From: Lama guanicoe
Lineage: Eukaryota
DNA: 64,000 nt
Direction of reading: 5' to 3'
Assembly: GCA_013239625.1 (NCBI GenBank)
Contig: MU054738.1
Coordinates: 7,721,855 to 7,785,854, forward strand
Positions 22,501-34,500 of the stretch are shown one piece after another (within the stretch, counting starts at the first letter, position 1; the number at the start of each line of letters is the position of its first letter). Below the pieces are notes generated by a model. That model did not search any database, was not told the DNA's origin, and worked only from the letters and a program-made list of their open reading frames with translations. The position numbers were made by a program, and so were the translations under genes.

Positions 22501-25500
22501 AGAGCAGCCGGTTCAGGTTCCCACAGACCCTGGGACTGAGCGGAGTCCTGGGACCCAAGCTCCCCTTTGTGAAGCAGCTTCAGCAGTCACGCTGAGGACA
22601 CGCCCTGCTTCCTTCGTCATTAGCACAGATTCAGGCGAGCCGGTCAGGGGCTGGGGCTTGCAGGAGCAGCCCCCCTGCAGAGCGCACCTCACCCCAAGCC
22701 TCACGTGGCGCAGGGTCCCCAGCGGGGAGCGGAGGGCCGTGTCCGAGTGAAGACCTTACCCTGAGGATAAGCAAGAACTTCACTGTTGGAACCTGTCAAG
22801 GAGTTAGTCACTCACTTGTTGCTCTGTTAGACGTTGTTGTTGAGACTGAGTAGGGTGGGCAGCAAGCCCAGAGGGTGACCCTCCTGTCCGGGTGCCGGCA
22901 TCTGGGGTGGGGGCACACGTGCCCGCAGCGGGCTGTCTGACGGGCCAGGCTGCGCCCATGGGGTTCCGGGTACGTGGCTGTGCCCCGGTGGTCCGGCCTC
23001 GTCTTGGAGGCCCAATCGAGGGGCGTGTCTGTCCTCCCTCCAGCCAGCAGAGGCCGCCGGCCCACCTGCCCAGCCTGGGCTTTCAGAGGCCACCTAGTTC
23101 GAGGACTGACCTGGATTTAGGAAGCCCTCAAAGGCCAAGGTCGTGGGAAGGGGGTGGACAGTTCTTGCTGCTGGGCGGCCCAGGCTCCCGGGAAATGAAC
23201 CCTTTTCCTGCCGGCCCAGGCTCTCCTCGGGCCGTTGGCCAGGGCCCCTCCTCACTTTCTCGCTCCCTCGGCTGATCCCCAGGCTGGCCCCTTGCTTTTG
23301 TCAGCCCTGAGCAGGGGAGTCTGGGGGGAAAGGCAGCCGGGGCACCAGGGGAGGTGGGTCTCCGCCAGGCCCGCTCTCCCTCGCTGGGGGGCTGCCGTCC
23401 AGGCCCTGGTCACCTGCCCTGTGCGCGGTGGGAGGGCACCGCTCAGCCCCCGCCTGCTCAGATTCCCCTCTGGCGAGTGTGTCTCTTCCTGGGCTGCCCC
23501 AGGCGGGCTCTACCGATGCCTCCTTCATTCTTCCCACGTTGGCAATTTGGGGGGTTTCTCGGAGGGTTTGGTTAGAGGCACAAGCGGCCTTTTTTTGCCC
23601 TCCCAGGAAAAAGCAAAAGAGGTCTTTCTGAGAAATGAAGCTTTTTCAATAACTTTCTAGTTATTGAGGATGGTGTCAATTTTTACGACATTTTATCCCC
23701 TTAATTGTATATAGTTACTCTGAAACAGAACCACATGCAGGTCTGGTCTTGAACGCAGACTGACTTGTCAGCCCCCCCGCTGAGAGGTGGTCACCATCAC
23801 GTCCCCTGGCCAGTCGTGGACCTGGGGCTCCATGGCCCCCAGTCACTATGTCCTGTTCTGTGTGTCTGCCCTGCCCGTGCCCACAGCTGGAGTTCGGGGT
23901 GATTCACGACTGCACGGAGGAGCGGCTGTACACCGGCCGGAGGGGTCGCGGCGCCTTCTGCAACGGCCAGCGACTGCACGTGTCCGTGGAGACAGGTGGG
24001 CCTTGCGCAGCTCATTTTGCCCTGAAAGGTGTTAATGGAAAAGTCACCATGCCGCAAGGCGGCGGTGGGACTCTCCTGCTGAGGGTCCGACCTCGTCAGG
24101 GACAGCGTGTCCCTGGGGTACGGGGCGTGGGGCCCGTATGTATCTTCGTGTTTTCGTGGATGCGGCCAGGACCCTTCCATAGGGGCCCCTTCTTTTTTAT
24201 TTTATTTTTTTCTTTTAAAGCATTTTCACTGTTTTGGTTTTTGGTTGGGGTGTAATTAGGTTTGTTTATTAACTTGTTTTACTGGAGGTGCTGGGGGACT
24301 GAACCCAGGACCTCGCGCAGGCTAGGCACGCTCTCTAGCCCTGAGCTACGCCCTCCCCCAGGCCCCTTCTATTTTGCACTCACCTTCCACCCTTAATTCA
24401 GAAAGCAACCCTGACTCCAGTTACCATGTGATCTCCAGCCGGCCAGGGTGGGCGGGCCAGTGCCAGGTCCAAGGGCAGAGTCAGAGGCGTGCTCTGGCCC
24501 TCAGAGCCTCTCAGTCATCCTGTTGTCACCTGGGTGTGTCACCCAGTGGTGTCCCTCAGGTGCGGTTTCTGGGAGAACTCAGTGGCCAGGGGAGAGCCGT
24601 GTGTGTGACCCTGCTGTTGTCATTCCTAAGGCAGGACCTCGAAGACACTGGTGGCTTTTGTAAAGGGGCTGCTGTTAGACTCAAACAGCATGTCCCTGGA
24701 TGGCCTCCTGCCCCTCAGCCATGCTCAGCCCGTGAGGAGACGGGGCTGGAGGTGAGCGTGGCTGGGGGGCCAAGGTCAGATCCGGTGAGATCCTGTGAGA
24801 GCAGCCCATCGCAGCCCCAGGGAGGGGCTGTGTGAAGGGCAGGACTGGGGGAGGCGGAGGCCGGGAGAGGCAGAGCCCCAGGGTGGGGGAGGAGCAGCCT
24901 CAGGGCTACAGACAGAGGTGGGGCCTCTGCCCGGCCCGGCTCCCGCCCCAGGAGTGTTTGGTTTGGCTGAGGAAGGAGCAGCGTTAATCACAGCCACACA
25001 CGCCAGGGGTGACCTTGCCAGGCGCTTGTGTAATTCGGTGGTGAGGAGGCAGTTATTAACTCGCCGGGTGAACTTTGCTCCACATTTCACTGACTCCGGG
25101 GAAAGGCTCGCCTCCCTCCTGCCGCCCTCCAGATGAGCTGCAGGCTCCTGAGCACGATCTCACCCTGCGCGGGGACCTGGCCCATCCTCAGCCCTTCATC
25201 CACCAGCCGCCTAGCTCAAACGTGCCATCAACCCCCCTGCAACCTGGAACCCCAACTTCTCAAAATTTCTAATGCTCCCAAGCTCGCTGGCAATGCTTAA
25301 GGCTGACCTGGAACGTCGGAGTGCTGCCTTCAGCCTGGTGGTCGTCTGTCTGCCAGGTGACTAGGTTTCCACCGGAGGTGACGGAACGCCGGCTTCCAAC
25401 CCGGATTTCTGCCACCTCCCAGGGCTGTGACTCATGTTCGCATGTGCAGCAGGTGACCGTGGTGACAGCTGTGAGGGGGAAATTACATTACATTTGGAAA

Positions 25501-28500
25501 GCACTCAGGAGCCGCCCTGGTGCGTGGTACCCAGAACAGAGTCGTTATCAAAGAAGGAACTTGAGTCTTCGCACGGTTGTTAAGACTGGGGTGTGTTTTG
25601 GAGGAAACAGCCGCAGAAATGACCAGCACTTGTCTCTCTCGGTGCACCTTTCTGGGGTGTCTGCAACTCACAAAAGCAAAACAAAGACTGCATTTCACTG
25701 GGGCAAAGGATTTGATGAGGCCAGGATTTCAGGAGTAGCTTTCCCTTCAGATTCCTGCTTGCAGAACCTCACATGTGTACAGAGGAGACAGAAAAAGTGC
25801 AGGGAACCCACGTGACCCATTACTCCGCTCCGGCATCGTCACCTGTGGCCAACCTGCTTCACCCACGCCCCGCCACCTCCTGCCACCCTGAACAGCCCCC
25901 TGACACAGACCCCAGGCATAAGGACACCAATGTTTGGGCATGTGTGTCTCTGAAACACACAGACACCCCCCCCTCCAAACATCAACAGTTGTTCCTAAAA
26001 TCATGCCTGTCTGGTCAGTGGTCAAATTTCTGCTTGTCTCGTCTGGTGGGGAACAGCCTCTCTCCGGGCCCTGGGATCCTGGTGGCCCCTGGGTCTGCCA
26101 GTGCTGCTGGGCCTTTTCGGTGGCCAGAGCTGAGAGGCAAGTTGTTTTTCAAATGTAAGACTCATCACAGTCAGCGTGGAGTTCTCCATCCAAACTCACG
26201 CTCAGCCCGGCCTGGAGCCCAGGGCCCGGAGGCACCAGAAGAGGGGAGCTTAACCTCGTGAGCTTCAGGATGGCAGCACCAGCAGGCGACCCGCAGGTGC
26301 GGGGTGAGCGTCCCGTTCAGTTTCTGGCGTTCTTTTCGTCCTTGGTGAAGACCCCCTCGGTCTGCAGGCGGGTGCCCTGGAGAGGCTTTGAAGTGGTTCC
26401 ATTCGTTTCCCTTGGGTCCCACCAGCAGGCGGGGATGATCACTTAGACGCGTCTGTTGCACTTTATTTTTCATTTAGGGTAACTTTTTTAAAAATGGGTT
26501 TTATTTTGTAATTACCTTTTTACATGGACATTGTTTCAAGATCGAATCTAAAATCAAGGCTGTCAAAGCAGTCCAGCCCCATCCTTGCCCTCTTCACCCT
26601 GTAGGTAACTGGTGCAGACTCGCTCATCCAAGTCCTCCTAGGGTCTTCAGGCAGCGTGCACGTGGCGCTGGAGGTTCAGCCCAGTTGCTTGGCACCGTGG
26701 CATCGCCCTGCGCGGGGTGCGGCAGACAGGGCGCCCCGCCCGCACAGGTCGGCGCCACGCCCCTCGGTGGTGGTGAAGGGGGCTCGGGGGCCGTCTTTGA
26801 GCACCTCTCCTCCAGCTGACTTCTCTGGGAGGCTGACGGGAGCAGTGCCCCGAGGTCTCACGTGTCAGCGGGCTTCACACTGAAAGTCCACTTTCCTGGG
26901 GATAAAACGCAGGCTCACGCATCCTTGTGTGGAATCGTCTCTGTCACTGTCCACAAAAGCCTCTTGTTGGGAAGTCTGAAAGCATTTGATTTCCTTTCCT
27001 TGTAAGGGGATTTTTTTTGCCTGTTGCCCAGAAGTTTTTTCTTTTCTTTTTCTTTAGAACTCAGTAATTCTAACAGGCTATCTCAGCGCTACTTCTTCTC
27101 AGCCAGCTTTCCCCTTTCAGGATGTAACCTCAGGTCCTCGTTTTTTGGGTTTTGTTTTTAATTTTGAAAGAGTTTTCTTGAATTATTGCATTTAGTGTAT
27201 GTTCACGTCCAAGTTCTGCTGCTGCTTTCTTTTTCCTCCGCGTCCCTGTCACAGGGGTGTTGGGTCTTCTCTGCTTGGCTCGTCTGCCACTTTCTCTCCA
27301 TCCCATTCACCTTTTCCGCGAGGTTTACATGAGCGAAGCTGTCCTGAGTTTCACCCTCCACTCCTGGTCAAGCACAGTCTGTTGTGTTGGCATCTTCTTT
27401 CAGCTGAGCCTTCTCCAGCTCTTCCTCAGCTCCCCGCCCTCTGCTTCTGGGTTTCGCTGCTCTGCCCATCCACGTAGTCTTCATTTGTTTTGTTAAACCC
27501 ACTTCTGTTTTGTGGACAAATCTTCTGGCAACCTTTGCTTGACTAGAAACATGTTATTCTGCCTCCCGTACTTTTTTCTTATAATAATCGTGTGTGGGAT
27601 CCAATCATCATTCTTTTAGGTTATTTCCACTTGAAATCTGTGTTCCTGAACTTTGGTGGCTGGGGTGGGGGCGGGGTCAAGGTCAGGACGGTTTTGGCCG
27701 TTCAGTGGCTCTAGCGCTCCCCCTCCTGTTGGTTGTGGGAAGTGCTCACCAAGTCAGCTTCGTCCTTAGATTCTGGGGCTCTGACCCTCCTTCTCCGTTC
27801 CCTGGATCTTCTCTCTCCATTGCCCTGTGATTCCCAGCCTGTGAATTTGGGGTTCAGTCCCGCACATTTGTCCTCAGTGGGTCCTGCCGTGAGAGGTACT
27901 GAAAGGTCAGGTATGAGAGGTCCTGGGGCTGTTGAGGCCCCCCTCCTTCAGACCTTGCCATCCACCAGGGGCTCCCTTGGTTCCCCCTCAGTCTGGCTCC
28001 CAGGAGCGGCTGTGGGAGATTTTGAGATTCTCCTGTTCGTGGTCCACTGGACACTCAACGCTCTCCCTCCCGGGGCTGCAGGGTCTGGTAGTTCTTGGAG
28101 GTTCGCCCGCCCACCGGTGTTTGGGGCTTGGATGTGCCTTGTGGATGGAGATTTTTGCAGGTGGCGGCTGTGGTTTTGGTCTCCAGCGGCACTGTTTTTA
28201 TCAGAGGGGATTTGGAAGAGGTTACAACTGCGTGGCTGCTGCACAGCTCTCCACTGCAGTCTTTCCCAGGATTCTAAACAGTGCTCCCCCCACCGGCCCC
28301 CAATTACTTGTTTTTGAAAATAGTGTATTGAGGTGAAAGTCTGATAAAATTAACCAGTGTGAAGTGAGCGCCTCAGGGCCAGTCAGCACGTTCATGGTGC
28401 CGTGTGCTTGGGTGGCTCCAAGGTGGACCCCACCCCCCAGCCTCCCTGACGTCCAGTACTTGGGGTCTTCAGTTAAACACTGAGAGGGTCAGTGTCCACA

Positions 28501-31500
28501 TCAGTAGCTGTTGACGACCTATAAGAAGCCTGAGCGTCAGGACACGTGTATGAACACACGCTGGTCTGAGCGCTGCCTCAGGGGCCCCGAGGGGACGCTC
28601 TCCAGACTTGAAGGCACAGTTGCCTCTTTCTCCCAAGTTCATGTTTCCGTGGATACCGATGACTTGCTTCTTACCTCTAAGCTGTAACATTGCTCTTAAG
28701 ACAACAGTGCGCGGATCCTCTGGGTGTCTTAACTTTGCTCAACCAGAGAAAGGGTTTTCAAAGTGATGGAAGTCACAGGCTGTTTTTTTGCACCCTAAAA
28801 TCTGTTTATTGAAAGGGTATACAGGAAGCCCCACTTCAAAATCTATTCCATTTTTTATTGTGGTAAAATATATATAATAATTGCCATTTTAACCATTAAA
28901 AGGGTATAATTCAGTGACATTAATTTCATTCGCAGTGTGCAACCATCACCTGTTTCCAAAATGTTTATCATGTGAAACCGAAACTCTGTACCCATGAAGC
29001 AGTAGCTCCCACCCCCAACCCAAGATGTCATCGAATATTTTAAATTAAAGTAGTATTTGATCAAGAGCGAAACTATTATGATAAATACAGAATAAAGGGT
29101 AATAAAATGCATAAACCGTAGTAATTGTGGATAGCTGGTCACAAATAACCGTAAGACAGTATTAAGCAGAAGGGATTGTGACTTTTACCTTTGTTTCCTT
29201 ACCTGGGGCAAAATGAAACAGCAGAAAGCATTTTGCCTGAGGTGGCCGACCGCAGACTCCCATCTTGCTCTTGGTTTCCTTTAGGGAAAAAGCTACATTA
29301 GCAAGTGCGCGATAAAGGACGGTACATGGCACAGCATCTCACGAAGTAAAAACTGCGGGAAGAAACTTTCTGTCGCGTGGTCACCAGGCAGCCTATGTTT
29401 ACGTCTGGGCCTCCCTAGCAGTAAGGGCTGCTTGACCTCCCGCAGGTCCCATCTCTGGGCTCAAGCTCCCGTCTGAGAAACGAGTGCAGTGGGAGAGCGG
29501 AGTCACTGTACCCGAGCGCGAGGGNNNNNNNNNNNNNNNNNNNNNNNNNNNNNNNNNNNNNNNNNNNNNNNNNNNNNNNNNNNNNNNNNNNNNNNNNNNN
29601 NNNNNNNNNNNNNNNNNNNNNNNNNNNNNNNNNNNNNNNNNNNNNNNNNNNNNNNNNNNNNNNNNNNNNNNNNNNNNNNNNNNNNNNNNNNNNNNNNNNN
29701 NNNNNNNNNNNNNNNNNNNNNNNNNNNNNNNNNNNNNNNNNNNNNNNNNNNNNNNNNNNNNNNNNNNNNNNNNNNNNNNNNNNNNNNNNNNNNNNNNNNN
29801 NNNNNNNNNNNNNNNNNNNNNNNNNNNNNNNNNNNNNNNNNNNNNNNNNNNNNNNNNNNNNNNNNNNNNNNNNNNNNNNNNNNNNNNNNNNNNNNNNNNN
29901 NNNNNNNNNNNNNNNNNNNNNNNNNNNNNNNNNNNNNNNNNNNNNNNNNNNNNNNNNNNNNNNNNNNNNNNNNNNNNNNNNNNNNNNNNNNNNNNNNNNN
30001 NNNNNNNNNNNNNNNNNNNNNNNNNNNNNNNNNNNNNNNNNNNNNNNNNNNNNNNNNNNNNNNNNNNNNNNNNNNNNNNNNNNNNNNNNNNNNNNNNNNN
30101 NNNNNNNNNNNNNNNNNNNNNNNNNNNNNNNNNNNNNNNNNNNNNNNNNNNNNNNNNNNNNNNNNNNNNNNNNNNNNNNNNNNNNNNNNNNNNNNNNNNN
30201 NNNNNNNNNNNNNNNNNNNNNNNNNNNNNNNNNNNNNNNNNNNNNNNNNNNNNNNNNNNNNNNNNNNNNNNNNNCCTTTAGGGAAAAAGCTACATTAGCA
30301 AGTGCGCGATAAAGGACGGTACATGGCACAGCATCTCACGAAGTAAAAACTGCGGGAAGAAACTCTTTCTGTCGCGTGGTCACCAGGCAGCCTATGTTTA
30401 CGTCTGGGCCTCCCTAGCAGTAAGGGCTGCTTGACCTCCCACAGGTCCCATCTCTGGGCTCAAGCTCCCGTCTGAGAAATGAGTGCAGTGGGAGAGCGGA
30501 GTCACTGTACCCGAGCGCGAGGGAGGGGCGGGGTCACTGTACCCGAGTGCGAGGGGGGCGGAGTCACTGTACCCGAGCGCGAGGGAGGGGCGGGGTCACT
30601 GTACCCGAGTGCGAGGGGGGCGGAGTCACTGTACCCGAGCGCGAGGGAGGGGCGGGGTCAGTGTATCCGGAGCGTGATGGAGGGTTGAAGCTGTGCATGG
30701 GAAGAGCTTTGCCTCAGGAGAGCGTAAGGACCCGTAAACATGAGCGATGGCTGTTTCCGCACCTGGCTTACCTCCGCTTAGAGGAGTAGCCCTCTGGCAC
30801 CCGCACCGTGCGGGTGTCTTCTCGTCCAGGCTGGCGCTCCAGCGGCTTCCTCTCCACTCCCTGCGGCGCGTCCCTCTGATAAGGGCCGGTTGGACCTGGA
30901 AGAGGAGTCACGGCTTTTTATTTAGTTGAGGTGCAACTGCCATGTAATGTTCTATTAGCTCCAGGTGCAGAACACGATGACTCAACATTCGTACGTGTTG
31001 TGAAATGATCCCGGAGTAAGTCCAGTTAACATCCGGGCGAGAGTCTTGTGAACCTGGTTAAACGTAGGAGCTTATCTCCCCGCAGAAATTGTCCAGCGTT
31101 CTGGTTCCTGGGGGAAATCTTCAGTCTTTCTTAGTGTCTTCCCAGGTGACCAAGATCCCACAGCCAGGGAATGCACTTCTGGCAGGGTTATTCTCTTGAT
31201 CTTAGCTGTCAGAGAAAAGTGTGAATCCTGGAGTAAGGGATGGATACCTATTAGGGACTGGAAAGTAAATAGTACAGGTCCTCCCCAAGTGGGGTGGGGG
31301 GCAGTGGTAAAGTGGATGTAGCTTTTACAGCTTTTGGGGGGCATTTGAAAAAAAATGATCCAGATCTAAAATACACACACTGTTTGATTCAGAAGTCCCT
31401 CTTTCACCCTGGAAATGGCACTATCATGACTGCACAGACCTGTGCAGAAAAGAGCATTGTTCCAACAACAAGACGTGGACGTGTCCATCCATGGTGGGTG

Positions 31501-34500
31501 GTTAAGCCCACGGCAGTGCTTCCGCAGGGAGAGGTGTGCGCGGGGTGGCGTTACAGCAAGACAGCAGGGACAGGGGCTGCAGAGCTCTTGAAAAGCACCA
31601 TGTCTGTGTGCGCGCCTGGGGGTCAGGTCTGAGGTCAGAGGAGATCAGAGGTAAGATGGGCCAGATGCTACTGGCCGCTTCGCTCTGTCCCCTCCCCTGC
31701 CTCCTCTGGGACTGCGCCCCCTTCTTCCTTGTTTCTGTGGATAAGATAATGTGCACACTGTCCAGTTTCTTTTTAAATTTTACTTTAGCCAGCTCTCCAA
31801 ATTACAGCATGCTATCTTTCAGAGAGTGTTTTAGCACATCCGTCATTCAGAATCCACTTCTCCCCCAAATTAGTGTTGTGCAGAGTGCGTAGAGTCTTGG
31901 GCTAGCCAACCGAATTCTACCTAACTCAGAAATTCCTCCCGTAGACTTAAAAACACTAGTAATGTAACAAACCAACCCAACAGGGAGACGCTTAGGAACG
32001 TGTCCTTAATGCTGGTTTCTGAGGGGAAGTGTTCACTCCTCCGGGCACTGTTCATGGGGTACCTGCTGCGCCTGCCCTGTGGGTGTCTCTTTTTCCCTGG
32101 AAAAATACTGTGTCAGCTGGTGGCCCAGTGAGGGCGGGTTGGGGGTGGGCTCAGGCTGGGGTGACTGGGTCCTGTGCTCGGAGACCATGGGGCCGCCCAG
32201 CCCAGCGCCCCTGGTATGGGCAGAGCTCCGCACCCACACGGGAGGCACGGGAGGCACGTGGTCAGCTCAGCTGCGGTGTGGGGTGTGCCTGGCGGGGAGG
32301 AGGCAAGCCTTCTCTAGGCAGGGAGCTTGGTGTGGGACCCAGCGGGTCTCAGTGTTTACAGTGTGAAATGGGCACCTCCAGGGTAGGAAGGGGGGGATGA
32401 TGACAGAGGTGTCACCCCTGTGGAGAGGCTTAGCATCGAGGCCTTGGGAGTCGGACGCCAGGTCTGGGTGTTTGGGTGTGTGGCCAGGCAAGGCCAGGCG
32501 CTGTGATCTCTGGCAGTGAGTTAGCGTGGCAGGGAGCCCGGCACGTCCCTGAGCCCAGAGCGGCTTCCTGGCCCAGGCACGGGGCTCCTCTGGCAGCAAG
32601 CTGTGCCCAGAGAGGGTGCCTCCCCCCGGGCACTGAGGTAGCCACACAGCGGCCACTGCCTGGTGCTGAAGGGTTACTCATAAGGACGCCCTTTCCAGAG
32701 ACATCGTGCTTAGAAGCTGCTTCCTCCACAGGGATGGCACCTCTTGTCGGCAGTGGGGGAAGGTTTTTAAGGACAGATTTCACTTGATGAGGCTTTTTTC
32801 CACCTCCGAACACAGGACGTTCCCGGTTGAGAGTCATTTTGTGTTTTCTTAGTGATTGAATGAGGTTGGTGTCATGGGCCACCAAGCCCCCCGAGTTCTT
32901 GGTGCTAAGTGTCCCAGGAAAGGGAGAGCTGGGAGGTTGGCTCCCGCTGCGTCTGACGCAGGTCGCGACCCAGGACGAGGATGTGACGTGGAGCCGGGAA
33001 TGGGCCTCCTCTCTCTCACCGTCCTTCCTTCTTCAGCGCAGCCGTTGGGAGCTGTCACTGCGTTACCCGTCAAAGACTGTGCGGACTCAGCAGGGCCGGG
33101 CGGCTGGTGTGTGGGTCCCCTCGGGAAAACCCCGACTCTTCAGTGGGAACCGAGGCCGGGTTTCCTGACTTGGGATCCTCTCCCTCACAGAGCTCTCCAG
33201 GGCCCTGGTTCTGACAGAAATCGGGCCCAGACGTGATCCCGCGACGCTGAAGTTGTTCCTGAGCAACATGGAGAGGCTGCTCCGCGCCAGGGCCCACGGG
33301 TATGAGCCTCCTTCCGAAGCCCGCCCCGCTCCAGCTCCCGGGGCCAGGCGGGAGCCGGGCACCGCGTGCTGGGCCCCGGCCCCAGCGGGGAGCTTGGGTG
33401 GCCGTCAGGAGGCGCAGGGGCCCTGTGAGCCCGGAGCCCATGCACCCCGTGCTCAGCACCCTCGTGAAGGCGTGTGGGCGGTGTCCCAGTGCCCCGTCGG
33501 GTCCAGGAGACTCCTGTCCATCCCGTGCTCCCCAGGTCTGTGCTGTGACTGCAGCCACACCAGGCACTGAGATCTAAGATCCTTAAAGTCCCGCAGACCC
33601 GCACGTGGCCTCCTCCGTTGCACCAGCCACACTCCAAGGGCCAAGGCCCAGGTGCTGGTGGCTCCTTGGCACTGGGCGCCTCATCACCACAGACGGTTCT
33701 GTTGGGCCTCGCTGCTCTGGGCCCAGGGATATGGGGCTGGGAAAGAAGGCCCAGTGGCTGCTGTTGAGTTCCCAGGCTGCCCACAGAGGAGGCGCCTGGG
33801 GCTAAGTCAGCGTCTGCCCCCCCACCCCCAGGGTCCGCGTGATTGGCAGCTCCACCTTGGCGCTCTGCCACCTGGCCTCGGGCGCCGCTGACGCCTACTA
33901 CCAGTTTGGCCTGCACTGCTGGGACCTGGCTGCCGCCACCGTCATCATCCGGGAAGCAGGCGGCGTGGTGATAGACACGTCAGGTGAGCCCCTGGCCCCA
34001 TACGGAGCGTCCCCATCCTCTGCTGACAGAGACACCGAGCGTGTTGGAGGGCAGTGGGCCCAGGCTGCCCAGCTCTTCCCACTGCCCTGTGCCTCTAGAC
34101 CCAGGGTCAGCACCAGGACAGGTGGCTGGGCAGTGACGGCACCACCTGTGTTTACATGATGTTCGACAGTTTTCTTAGCGCTCATGTCCCGGCCCCACCA
34201 AGTCCACTGAGACCACAGAGCAGGCCACATGCTCCCCGATCAATCACAAGGTTTTAGAGCATGAATCCGATAGGTGACCCATTCCTCTGCCGCAGGGTCA
34301 CTGTGCCCAGTGACCGGCCCCCAGACATCCACTTGGCTTCATCTGACGTCAGAACCCACTTTTGTCCGCTTCCCTCCCAGTTTCAGCCCATAGCCCGCTG
34401 GGATTCCACAATGGACAGCGGTGGGTCCTTCTTCCCTTGCCCACTCCTCTTTCACTCCTCCTCTGAGAGGCCAGGTTGAGCTTCCAGAAAGGTGTGAAGT

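Noticed and set aside
29415-30329. Long ORFs of 265-304 aa
   Set aside because: Made almost entirely of N-gap X residues.
30501-30684. CRISPR-like appearance of ~30-bp repeats
   Set aside because: No unique spacers, eukaryotic intron, no cas genes; it is a minisatellite.
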